Made by a program: the position numbers and the translations under genes. From the NCBI RefSeq assembly GCF_006345805.1, contig NC_043017.1, positions 14,570,001-14,634,000 on the forward strand: a DNA stretch of 64,000 nt, read 5' to 3'. Position 1 is the first letter of the stretch; each line of letters begins with the position of its first letter. The notes under the pieces were generated by a model that was given only the letters and a program-made list of their open reading frames with translations, was not told where the DNA came from and searched no databases. Source of the stretch: Octopus sinensis (taxonomy: Eukaryota). Of the stretch, positions 28,262 to 40,378 are shown one piece after another.

Positions 28262-29446
28262 TAACGAAACAAAGCCCATCCGTTGATGAGATTAGTCTGA
28301 AAATGGCTTCACATGGTTTTGCATTTGAAAAGAAAGCCATTGACGAGAACTATTCCAATTTTGGTCAGCATTAGCAATCAAAGGCAACAACAATTAAGTT
28401 CTAAACCATATCTTGAGATTTTAGCTTATAAAGTTACGAGATCGGTTCCTTTCTTGTTGGACTCGTATATTTACAAACGGATTCCAAATTGGTAGAATTT
28501 AAATAAATTTTATTATGGATTTCTAATGTTGGAAAAGAGAAAAGACATAAATAATTTTTCGGGGTTTGGTTAGAAGCGGCGGGTGTGGCGTAGCGTGTGG
28601 TAGGCGGGCCGCACCGGGCAATCAATTTACATACGTAGAGTCAAAGGTATGTTCCGTTTAAATAATGGAGCAACCAATTTGGTTACCTAATAGGACGGCC
28701 AAAACCCATGCTGCGTCAGTGAGTTGGGTACCGACAAATCAATTCCAGGACATGACTGGGTCTTTATCAATTCCAGAAGGAAGAAAAGCAAATGTGGTCT
28801 CTGTAGGATTTGAACTCAGAGCGTAAAAGGTTAAGTAAACATCACAAGGTTTTTTGTTGACGTTCTAACGATTCTGGTTAACGTGAAATAATGTTGATCA
28901 TCTCGTAATATTCATTTAATTCCGGTTAATTTCAGATTCTCAGTATGACACAGAAAAGAAAATATTTAAGACGCGGAGGCTTTTGGTCTCAAGTTTAAAC
29001 TCGCTGAAATTGTGTGCTTTTGTGATGTACATTTGTTGGGGACAGGACTCAACGCGAAACAAGCCTGCTATTTGTGACCGGCATGGATGCCTTCTCAAAC
29101 TACAAGAAATCCGAAGGTTCTTTTAAAAGACGACGCCCGGCAGATAGTCACCGTCCTTTCCTTGGCTGTCAGGACCCAGATCAGTGCACCTATTGTGTCA
29201 CCATCTTACAGGCCCTGAGTAGCAGATTATTTTAGAGTGTTACTGCAGATAGACTAACCTCGAATCCAGAGGGAGATATATCTCTCATGTTTGATGGATT
29301 GATTAGAAGCAAGGTAGCGTCCGTCCGTGACCTCTTTAAGAGACTCACAAGCTGAATATTTCTGAATGGTAACTTCCAGTTTAGCGTTTCTGTGAAATTC
29401 AGCTTTGACTTATGAATATGAGAGCAACACCTCAAGAAAATGATTC

Positions 29447-29588
29447 GTTCTGTCGGTAATAGAGTGGCATTGGTTTCGCGCCTATGAAGCGCTTTGCAGT
29501 ATAGGCGACTCATGCGCCTTCAGCCATCTGAGACGCGAAACCAATGCCACTCTATTACCGGCCAGAACTTTTAACCTCCTAAAAACAC
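29447..29588. repeat. Exact 142-bp copy of the apex of the 26.6-26.9 kb foldback
   Basis: Identical base for base to 26698-26839 on visual alignment. Confidence 0.95.
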
Positions 29589-30084
29589 GAAGTTGTTACA
29601 TTACCAATCAAAGGCAAACCTACCCGTGAACTTATTTCAAATGACATTTAAGAAGTTCTCTCCCTTGTCACTTTTGATAGTATTTTTCCTTAAGCCTAAT
29701 GAATTTTCTTTTCATTATTACATTCCTATCGTTGCTGCTACGTAGCTTTAACATGCTGTATTACGTGACTTAATGCGATGCTCGCGTGAACGAAACTTAG
29801 GAAAGTGGTCGATAATTCTACACAAGGGATAAGCTATGGAGTTGAATGTCTTTAAAAAATAGTGAAGGACCTCATGTGATGAAGGGATTTCTTGGTTAAT
29901 TATTGTACCAAGAGACTGTAATGAAAGACCCGAATAATTATTTAATAACGACAGCGTGGAAATATACTCTAAGCCAGCAATGAGTGTACAAAGGCCAAGT
30001 AATAACCGTTTAGAAGTAATGGCACAAAGTCAGTAATATTTGGTGGCGAGGGTGTGGAAGTAGGTCACATCAACCCTTATAACT

Positions 30085-30690
30085 GACTAGCACTTTATTT
30101 TATCGACCCGGGGAGGGGATTAAACGCATGTCGACTTCCTGTATAGTTGAACCCAAAACATAAAGAGTCGGAAGAAATACTACAGAGCATTTTGTTCGAT
30201 GCGTTAAAGTTTCTTCCAAATCATTACAAGTCCTGGTAATAATAGTTTCAATTGGTGGCAGAGGCCAGTAACTTCGGTGCGGAATGTGTGGGGGGGGGGC
30301 GATTACAAAGATTCCAGTATTCAACTGGTACTTATTTTATCGACCCCGAAAAGATAAAAGACAAAGTTGACCTCGAAGGAATTTGAACTCAAAACATAAA
30401 GACGGACGAAATGCCACTCGGCATTTTTTTCGGCATGCTATCGATTATGCCCATTATGAATAATGGATTAGTTGGCAAGCTGGCAGAATTGTTTACATGC
30501 CGGACAAACTGCTTAGCAGCATTTTGTCCGTCTTTCAGTTCTGACTTCAAATTCCGACGAGGTCGAATTTGCCTTCCGTCTTTTCGGGGTCGATAACATA
30601 TGCACCTGCAGAGCACTGGGGTCGATGTAATGGACTTATCCCCAATTCCTCGAAATTGCTGGTCTTGTGGCAGAATTTGAAACTAATTAT
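30085..30690. mobile_element. Cluster of three family-B SINE copies (two minus, one plus)
   Basis: Repeated TTTTATCGACCCC(GA)AAG / CTTTTCGGGGTCGATAA domain and tRNA-like heads. Confidence 0.7.
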
Positions 30691-32419
30691 AAATAGTAAT
30701 CTTGGTACAGTGGCATTCGGTAGATGAGAGAGAGTGAGAGAGAGAGGGAAATAGAGAGACAGAAGAAGAGAGAGATTTGTCTGATTGATATGTTTTACCC
30801 ATAAATGCTTCCACAGCGTTGTTGTTGCTATGTTACAAAGCTGGAACAAAATCCCTGCACCCAACTCCGAAATATGTTTACTCAAAGAAAAAGTTCTTTA
30901 TATGCATTGAACTGTCGAGACACGTATATTGTGTTCATTAATAAGGTCGGTGAAACAGGCCCGTCTTTTCTATTCTTTCGACCGAGATTTAAAGTAATTT
31001 AGGAAAACACGAAAAAACAAAAGGAGCGAATTTTTGATGAACTTACATAATTTCATAAAATCTATCAGCAACGTGAGAGAAAAAAAATCTGATTCATTTA
31101 GAGTTAAGATATTCCTTGTTTATGTTTTGGATAATTTGTAATGCTTGAAATTTCATGCTGAGCTGGCGTTCTTTTGAGAAGATTTCAACAACAAAAAAAT
31201 GATTTAAAAGAGATGGAAGAAGAGTATTTTGGCAAAAATGCTAGGATTTATGGTTGGAACAAAGTCATGTCTTATGTTGTTTATATATTTCTCTCAGATT
31301 TATTAGTTTGGCTTTGAGAACTTGAAAATGATTTTTAAGATGATGAACATTTTCATAATAAATATTTCGATAACGTTGTTGCATTCCGTACACACGGTCA
31401 GATATATTCTGTAATCTTGTGGAGTTAAGACAAAGAGAACAAAATTGTTTGTACTTAAATGTGTCTAGAGATATTTCCTTTGGCCAATGTCTAAACTACT
31501 TGTACGGGAAAATTAGGCATTTTGCCACCAACGACTACAAAACGGAATTGTTGCTCTGTGAGGAATAATTTTTCCAATTCGTCCAGCCCTGAGAAGAACA
31601 TTTGATTTGTTAAATGTCATTTGGGTTTTGCCTGAATATTGTATGAATCGATTCGAGTCGTGCAGTAAGTCCAGTTCTGGCCTTTACAACAAATAATGCT
31701 GACCTTACAAGTGCAGCTGGCTTATGTAAATCCAGTTGGCTTTTTTTATTTTTCTTCTTACAAAAGTGCAACTGGCTTCTATATCATACACAGCTGAGTT
31801 TCAGTGGTGCATATAACTTTCACACAAATAAATCTATTTGAATACCAATCCATACTCATTCACAGGAATGCAGCAGAAGCCAAATGCACTTTAAAAAGAG
31901 GGGGTAAGCGCGCGCGCACAGAAGAACATTTCTGTAGTTGTGCTATGTGATTCAACCTGATGAACACGTGATTCATTAAACACCTAATTAAGGCAAATAT
32001 ATTTTAGGGGGGAAAAAAGGGACAGAAAACTTCTCTGAAAAAGGACAGGGAAAATTTTCTTCAAGGATAAGAGAGGAAACCAAAGTAGAGGTCCTTTTTA
32101 AAATGTATGAAAAAGAGAAAATGGAGAGCAAGTGAGACAGGTTCACACAAGTGGAGGAAGAGAGCAAAGATGAAGATCGATGAATATGTTGGGCGTTGCG
32201 TAGATGAGAGTGGTAGAGGGTAGAGAGTGGCAAATAGTACCAACATAGGGAGGACACCTTTGTCTTGCAGTGGGCAGATTCTATCAGAGGATGACGACAA
32301 TTACTATAGTGAAGGTGATGATGATGATGACGACATAGATATATATTTCAAATTCTTCCAGTAACCATACAAAGACAAAAATGAACCAGGAAGCGTCTAC
32401 AATCGACAATTCTCAACCC

Positions 32420-32890
32420 TTCCTCAGCTTGAATTAAGTTTTTAGTTTTCAGGTATGATATATATTAATGCTTGTTTTGTAAATTCTAACTTCGTGGAGG
32501 TGAAATCTATCCGTCTTTGAGAGTCACTGTTCTATGTTTCTCCCCAAAATCCAAGATCTGGTCTGATTGCTTGTACCAGACTGGACTCCTCTAATGGTAC
32601 ACAATTATTAGACTTTTGGGGTTGAAGTAATCGGTGGCTGATTACCGTTGTCATTCTAGTGGACTCCACCAATGCCCTCGCCCTCACCCAAAGGTCAGGC
32701 GCTGGTGTTAACCTGGAACCACAATAATTTCTACATACCTAGAACAGAAACGATATCTCCAACGGAATTCTTCACAATTTCTGTTTTAAACTTCTTTCGA
32801 AAGTCTTTGGCAGACACGGGGTGTTTGGGGATCGAAGACACTGGCCCAGTGTCCCGCGGGACGAAACCGAAACAGCAAAGCCATACGGAA
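32420..32890 (-). mobile_element. Decayed LINE apurinic endonuclease fragment
   Basis: Broken minus frames give GDIVSVLG, IGGVH*NDNG and DSQRRIDF, in the order of APE motifs (LGDFN, NxNG, RIDY). Confidence 0.35.
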
Positions 32891-33252
32891 ATGTCTTAAC
32901 TACATAGCCATGCTTTCTCCCTCTCTAATCAACACCATTCTCCCTCAATCCCCCCTCTCTCTCTCTTTCTCATTACCTGATGAAACTCAAGAGACTAATT
33001 CAATTATACATTAATCAATCTTCACACTAACAGAATTTATTAAAGTCTCTCGGAATCTCTCTTGTTCTCTAAACGCTGCACACTTACTGCGACACCGCTT
33101 ATTTTCCATTCCACATTTTAGAAGGACTTACTTTCTATGTATCTCAGTCATTGTTCAGTTTTATTTCAAGATTTCTTGTCAATAGAGAAAGAGCTGGTTT
33201 CTAGCCCAGATTCAAGGCTCCTTCAATCGAATTTCAACATCAACAACAACGG

Positions 33253-33320
33253 TATGTATGTATGTATGTATGTATGTATGTATGTATGTATGTATGTATG
33301 TATGTATGTATGTATGTATG
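33253..33320 (+). repeat. (TATG)17 microsatellite, left flank of inverted RTE insertion
   Basis: Direct reading. Confidence 0.95.
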
Positions 33321-33843
33321 TCATAGATCCGTCTGAGGCACATCTGATGGAAACGTTCCAGTTGTTTAAGGTGGTATCGATACGTGACCCACGTCTCGCA
33401 GGCATAGAGAAGAGAAGGGAGCACACATGCCTTGTACACCTTTATCTTTGTCATTCTGCATATGTCTCGCCGACTCCAGAGGCGCTTTTCTAGCCCTCCG
33501 AAAGCAACACTTGCTTTCCTAATTCTATATGGAATTTCATCATCCAAATTGCTATATATCAATTAATAGTGCTTCCCAGGTAGACAAACTGATCAACTAC
33601 ATCAAGTTTTTTACCATACACATAGATATTTGGTACACTATACTGCTTACCAGGGGCAGGCTGATGCATGACAACAGTTTTCTTGAGATTGACTGTCAAT
33701 CCTAAGGCAGTGCAAGCATCAGAGAAGGCATTCAAAATGTGTTGCATATCAATCTCTGTGTGTGCTACTAGCTCACAATCATCTGCATACAAAAGGTCTC
33801 TCATGATAGAGGTAAATACCTTTGTTTTTGCAGTGATCTTGAA
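33321..33843 (-). pseudogene. RTE (BovB-like) LINE reverse transcriptase fragment, inverted 5' segment
   Basis: KITAKTKVFTSIMRDLLYADDCELVAH...FVYLGSTIN...LDDEIPYRIRKASVAFG...VLPSLLYACETW...ERFHQMCLRRI; one disruption near 33560. Confidence 0.95.
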
Positions 33844-33953
33844 ATATTGGAAGGCTCTCGGTGTGAAAGCACAGAAGCTCTTGTGTTAAAACAAAGGCTC
33901 AAATGGAGTGGTCATCTGGTCAGGATGAAGGATTCAAGGATGCCAAAACAACT
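33840..33953 (+). pseudogene. RTE LINE non-inverted segment, part 1
   Basis: EILEGSRCESTEALVLKQRLKWSGHLVRMKDSRMPKQ; continues as LFYGEL after the LTR insertion. Confidence 0.9.
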
Positions 33954-34535
33954 TGTAGTGATCCTACAACGGCGCGCGCTCGCGCACCGTTCATTTGTAT
34001 TTCGCGCGTGTTGGTGCCTTCACCAAGGCACAGAAAGGAAGGGCCCTCTCGCGCATGCGCGAAGCACCGGAAGAACCCTTTGCCAAGGCAGGGGGATCGT
34101 AGAACGTTTGACCACTAGCGGCAGTCAGCGGGGACTTGGGACCCAGCGATTGAAGGCGGCGGTCACGATATATTTTCTCTCCGTTGATAGCAGCAGTCGG
34201 CCGAATGCCTTTAACCAAATTGTTGCCGACCACATTCAACTTCCCTGTTCGACGCCATCTTGACCCTTTTTGGTTTAGCGGCTGGACATTGTAAATATTA
34301 CATTCGATTAACTTTCAGCCTTGCGCGCCCAGAAACAAGGACATCAGATAACACACTTATTGTTATTGTTACCAAGAAAGAGAATAAAGTAGTTATATGT
34401 ATATTTTACGTCTGCGTCTTGTTGTTTCTGACGGGCAGAGATTCTGGATTGTTAAAGCAACGGCTAGTGAGTGATTTGCTTTCTTGTACCCCGAAAGTAC
34501 AAGACAAGATATTCACTCACACTAAGTTCGTTACA
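33954..34535 (+). repeat. 5' LTR (582 bp)
   Basis: TGTAGTGATCC...AAGTTCGTTACA; direct repeat of 36079-36662. Confidence 0.95.
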
Positions 34536-34536
34536 G

Positions 34537-34554
34537 TGGTGACCCCGACGTGAT
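34537..34554 (+). promoter_or_regulatory. Primer-binding site complementary to tRNA-Trp 3' end
   Basis: TGGTGACCCCGACGTGAT, the canonical 18-nt Trp PBS, 1 nt after the 5' LTR. Confidence 0.9.
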
Positions 34555-36067
34555 TCTGGTCTAAAAACCAGAGATCACTTAACAACAAAAAAATCCAGTT
34601 TTTCTGCGAAGTCGGAACACGATTTAACTCTACGCATTCATCTTTCGACGATTTGTTTCCGGCCACCACAAACAGTTGTAGAAGGAGCCTCTTTCTTATT
34701 CTACAGCCATGATGACGAACGCCATCACATCATCGATGCCTTTTCTCCACCTTCGTCATCGTCATCGTCGTCTTTCTACTTCACGTCGTCGCTATCTTCG
34801 TCGCCATCATCACTAAGAACGATGTTGTCGCAAGTCCACTACAGTCGCCTTCCACCACCAACGTCGCCTTTCAACACCGTCGACCTCCACAAGATGTACA
34901 TAGCAACTCGCGGAACTTTAGCGTGCACGCTGTTTTGTGCATATGCACACCAAGGAAAAACAGCACCGTCTATCTACGAGATTCTTCTGTTCCAGTTAAC
35001 ATGTCACAGCATCGAAGCTACAACCGCTACACATTGTGTTCAACCGGCATCTGCATTTTGTGATTTCAACATTTCTGTTACAGAACGAACTGCTATTGTA
35101 CATCAGGCTATTACAGACTGGTAAATTAATTCTTGTCTGAAATAGCACTTGAGAGACATTTTTTCTATGCGCTGTTTTTATATTTTGCTCGCATTCACCT
35201 TGTATGTATTTCTGTCGCACACACGTACACACACATAAATGCTCTCTCTCACATACATACGTCACACATGCTTTTCTCGCTTGTTTTGTTCCATGCTAAA
35301 TTTGCCTTTTGTGGACACCCCTCATTTCTATAGACCCTAGGGTCACGTATACATAGAGAGGGTTGTTTGTCCATTATAACGCGCCAGCATGTCATACCTT
35401 TGTTCCTATACGAACGAAGCATATAATCGCTCAACCACTGGCATATTCTTGCTGGTTTTTTTGGTCTGGCAAGCACTATTGCATTTCATGCGCCTTTTGC
35501 TTCGCACGTGTCTTGCCTTGTTTTTGCAACACGTTTGCGTTAGCCTAATTCTTTTCCCGACTCATAGGACGTCGGATGTTCACATGCGCTGCTCCTATGT
35601 ATGGGCGTAATTATTTTTCCCTGTTAGACCACTGTTGGTCACGTAAATTAACAGAAAATTATCTGTGTCGCGCATCACACCAGCATGTTTGCACTTTTGC
35701 CTTTTGTGTTACTAGCGAGCTTCTGTCACTTCCATTTCCTCTCCTGCAGCAATTGATTTAACTGCTATTTTGCAGGATCAACCACCTTTAGAGAAGTTGG
35801 ATTTTAATTTCGCCTAGGTTCATTGACTGTGAGTTTTGCTTTCCCTCCGCTCCTTTCAGCGGAAGGGTTTATACTTTGTGACGTATACACTTTCATGCAT
35901 GCACTCTTGATTTTTGCTCATTGAGTATTTTTTCTCTTTTTCCTTTAGTAAATTTCTTGTGTATGTTATAAATTTTGCCATTACATTATTGTGTGCTATT
36001 TGGTTATCTGGTGTCCACCTTGAGTTTTGCAGTCACTACAATAAGTTTCCTTTCGTGCGTACGCACT

Positions 36068-36076
36068 GGAGGGGAG
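36068..36076 (+). promoter_or_regulatory. Polypurine tract
   Basis: GGAGGGGAG 2 nt upstream of the 3' LTR. Confidence 0.75.
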
Positions 36077-36078
36077 CC

Positions 36079-36662
36079 TGTAGTGATCCTACAACGGCGC
36101 GCGCTCGCGCACCGTTCATTTGTATTTCGCGCGTGTTGGTGCCTTCACCAAGGCACAGAAAGGAAGGGCCCTCTCGCGCATGCGCGAAGCACCGGAAGAA
36201 CCCTTTGCCAAGGCAGGGGGATCGTAGAACGTTTGACCACTAGCGGCAGTCAGCGGGGACTTGGGACCCAGCGATTGAAGGCGGCGGTCACGATATATTT
36301 TCTCTCCGGTTGATAGCAGCAGTCGGCCGAATGCCTTTAACCAAATTGTTGCCGACCACATTCAACTTCCCTGTTCGACGCCATCTTGACCCCTTTCTGG
36401 TTTAGCGGCTGGACATTGTAAATATTACAATCGATTAACTTTCAGCCTTGCGCGCCCAGAACCAAGGACATCAGATAACACACTTATTGTTATTGTTACC
36501 AAGAAAGAGAATAAAGTAGTTATATGTATATTTTACGTCTGCGTCTTGTTGTTTCTGACGGGCAGAGATTCTGGATTGTTAAAGCAACGGCTAGTGAGTG
36601 ATTTGCTTTCTTGTACCCCGAAAGTACAAGACAAGATATTCACTCACACTAAGTTCGTTACA
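36079..36662 (+). repeat. 3' LTR (584 bp)
   Basis: Near-identical direct repeat of the 5' LTR. Confidence 0.95.
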
Positions 36663-37352
36663 AACTCTTTTATGGAGAGTTAGCTAAAGGAGAATGACCT
36701 TCATATAAACCAAAGAAGAGGTATAAGGACTTATACCTCTGAAGGCTTCCTTAAGAGATGCTTGTATCTCTCCTGACACATGTGAAGGCATAGCTATTGA
36801 TCGTAGCAGGTGGGGAAGGATTGTGTACGAGGAGACAACCACTTTTGAGAAATCTCGAGTTGCACATGAGAAAGTAAGGAGGGATGTCAGGAAGAGCATC
36901 GCTGTTACACTTCCAGAAGGGAAGGATCTTCCTTTGATGCTGACATGCAATGTCTGTGCAAGACCCTGTCTCAGTAAAGCTGGACTCAAGAGTCATCTTC
37001 GTAGTCATAAAGCGAGACAGATGAGTGACAACCTGGCCACTGGTGGTGGTGTAACACACCATACTAATCATATCTGTCGGGCATGTGGAAGAGAGAGCGT
37101 AATTCGGCAGGAGGACTTAAACGACACGCAAAGGTATATGAAGCCCAGTTACAACTACAGCCGGCTTTTACCGGTGAAGGTTTTAGTTGCCAATTTTGTA
37201 CAAGACATTGTAGATCTTTAGCTGGGCTAAAAAGTCACATTCGATCACAGCACCAGTAACAGTTAAGCTTTGTGCAATGGCTATACTTGATAACGAGGGG
37301 GCAGCCATAATGTATGTATGTATGTATGTATGTATGTATGTATGTATGTATG
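36663..37352 (+). pseudogene. RTE LINE 3' segment with three C2H2-type zinc fingers and (TATG)n tail
   Basis: LFYGELAKG..KPKKRYKD; LTCNVCARPCLSKAGLKSHLRSH; ICRACGRE(frameshift)RNSAGGLKRHAKVY; FSCQFCTRHCRSLAGLKSHIRSQH*; tail from 37311. Confidence 0.9.
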
Positions 37353-37495
37353 TGTGCATGTATGTATGTATATATATATGTGTTTGTATGTAAAGTAAAT
37401 TGCTTCTTCAGCAAAACAAGTGCATTTGTTTATCAAACTGGTTTAAAAAGCTTTGTAACTAATAATAGCATGGATTGACTGCTACCCATACTAGT

Positions 37496-37569
<74 letters not shown>

Positions 37570-37710
37570 GGTATGTAGAAAAATACAACATGGACAAGAA
37601 CGTATAACTCCTAGAAGACGACACAATAAACACGGACAGGACATTCGAACCCCTCAGTCTTCAGTCAAGAACCGGATCATCGTAGTAATATATATATATA
37701 TATATATATA

Positions 37711-38114
37711 GGCGCAGGAGTGGCTGTGTGGTAAGTAGCTTGTTTACCAACCACATTGTTCCGGGTTCAGTCCCACTGCATAGCACCTTGGGCAAGTGTC
37801 TTCTACTATAGCCTCGGGCCGACCAAAGCCTTGTGAGTGGATTTGGTAGACGGAAACTGAAAGAAGCCCGTCGTATATATGTATATATATATATGTGTGT
37901 GTGTGTGTTTGTGTGTCTGTGTTTGTCCCTCTAGCATTGCTTGACAACCGATGCTGGTGTGTTTATGTCCCCGTTACTTAGCGGTTCGGCAAAAGAGACC
38001 GATAGAATAAGTACTGGGCTTACAGAAGAATAAGTCCCGGGGTCGAGTTGCTCGATTGAAGGCGGTGCTCCAGCATGGCCGCAGTCAAATGACTGAAACA
38101 AGTAAAAGAGTAAA

Positions 38115-38117
<3 letters not shown>
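37711..38117 (+). mobile_element. tRNA-derived SINE, family A, full length
   Basis: GGCGCAGGAGTGGCTGTGTGGTAAG head, GGTTCAGTCCC B-box-like motif, CORE-like centre, internal (TA)(TG) run, tail. Confidence 0.9.
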
Positions 38118-38201
<84 letters not shown>

Positions 38202-38484
38202 ACATCCAGTGACACTACGTTTATTTGAAAATCTTATCTTTACAGTTTGGTCTAAAATGTACTTGAAATAGTTATCGTTGACTGAATCGTGTGCACACAC
38301 GCACGTACACAAGTTCATGCATACACGTATACACATACATTTGCCAACATATACATTCATACACATGCACACTCGAACATAACAGACTCATACCCAGAAG
38401 AAATAAGCCATCTACTCGCAAACATATCTTTTTCACAGATGAATGTATTATATCTGTATACAAGCTCACGTAATTGCATACACA

Positions 38485-38521
<37 letters not shown>

Positions 38522-38722
38522 ACACACACACATAAATAGCCTGTATAACGTTTATTTTTATGTCGTCAATAACATCATTTTCACAATTCAAAGATTTTCT
38601 CCAAAAGAATTCAGTTTAAAAAATCCGTTATTTTTGGACATTCAAAATACTTCGCATCTGTCTGTTGGAGAGGTTCTTTCGTGGAATCATAGAATATGCT
38701 GTTGTGATCAAATCATCATTAT

Positions 38723-38757
<35 letters not shown>

Positions 38758-38778
38758 CATCTACAGAAAGAGAGAGAG

Positions 38779-38837
<59 letters not shown>

Positions 38838-38871
38838 TTTAAGTATATGCATCACACATACTCATATCGCA

Positions 38872-38912
<41 letters not shown>

Positions 38913-39544
38913 TGTATCCTGAGTGCATGTGTGTGCATAGATATGTATGTATGCATAAAGAAATGTGTACGTCTGTATATGGCTGGCAATGTGCGTGAAT
39001 GTTTGCCCACATGACGGTATGTGTGAATATATAGACGTGAGTGTGTGTATTTCTGTCTGAGTCTGTATGTGCTTTACAGTGAATATCTCTATATATATCT
39101 ACAATCATGTGTGTGTGTGTGTGTGTATGCACACACACACATGCATCTATAGCAGTCTCTTGTGCTTCTGTTTGTTTTTTTCTTCTCTTGCATCATGCAT
39201 CATTTACTTTTGACGTCATTATTCTGTAGAGATCTGAAGCAGAAGGAACAAAAGACAATGCTGTTACCATGAGAACGAGCGATGCATCAGCCTCATTTTG
39301 TTCATCTCATTCCTGATTATTGTAAATCCATTGAAAAAATATTGCTCCTACACCCAAAGATGTTGTCGAAAGAGCAATGCAACTGATGTCTGCTTTTGTT
39401 AAAAGATTCGCTTAATATTACACCAACGACCTTATCAACACTCGCCACTGAACTTTCTTTTACATTTTACATTGAAAACTAAAATATCATTCCAATAAAT
39501 CTCTACATGGAATTATCTGAAGCTGGTAAATAAAGAAAACCTAT

Positions 39545-39572
39545 CAAGTTATCGTCATTATTATTATTATTA

Positions 39573-39603
<31 letters not shown>

Positions 39604-39626
39604 CAATATTATTATTATCATTATTA

Positions 39627-39678
<52 letters not shown>
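39545..39678. repeat. (ATT)n/(ATC) trinucleotide microsatellite
   Basis: Direct reading. Confidence 0.95.
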
Positions 39679-40100
39679 GACACATCTCTCACAAACAGCA
39701 GGTTTAAAAAATAATTCACGTTATTAAAAACGTGACTATAGTTCACTGCAGTTTGAACCAAAAACACTTGGAGCATAGTAATTAGAGCATAGTAATTAAA
39801 CGAGAAGAATTAATTTGGTAAAAGGAAGCTTTCGAATGTTGATAAACTATAAAATATTTGTAGGCTTAACAAAACCAGAAAGAAACTATAAGATATCTGG
39901 GAAAGGAGAAGCTATACAAGAGAAATTATCTAACGAAGAAGTGAATTCTTGGTTCTTGTTGACATGCTTGGAAATACAATGAGTTCTGTAGTGAAATGTG
40001 TCAGTGTTTCTTATCTCTTGAAAAAATTTGAAGAGAGAAGGAACTAGTGACGGCTTGCATTGAGAAAAGTTAATTCATTAAAGTGAGAGAGAAGGTGTTG

Positions 40101-40135
<35 letters not shown>

Positions 40136-40149
40136 TATATATATATATA

Positions 40150-40247
<98 letters not shown>

Positions 40248-40286
40248 TATATAATATATATATATATATTATATATATATATATAC

Positions 40287-40324
<38 letters not shown>

Positions 40325-40378
40325 TATATTACATATATGCATTAAATTCTTCTTTTTTCTTATATTCTCCTATACTAA

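Larger units (their letters stand above)
33954..36662 (+). mobile_element. Non-autonomous Gypsy-type LTR retrotransposon (2709 bp), CsRn1-clade-like signals
   Basis: LTRs 33954-34535 and 36079-36662 (TG...CA, only about five differences seen); 4-bp TSD AACT (33950-33953, 36663-36666); tRNA-Trp PBS; PPT; removing it restores ATG CCA AAA CAA CTC TTT TAT GGA GAG; no pol motifs internally. Confidence 0.95.

Noticed and set aside
32740-32890. Exon-like frame ending at AG|GTATGT on the minus strand
   Set aside because: No acceptor or start, and the peptide fits better with flanking decayed LINE endonuclease motifs.
38289-39014. 241-aa ORF and similar long ORFs (e.g. 20765-21232, 46740-47309, 52036-52599, most of 58109-58732)
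   Set aside because: Frames are kept open by (TA)n/(CA)n/(GA)n runs (YIYI, THTH, ERER); no protein signal.
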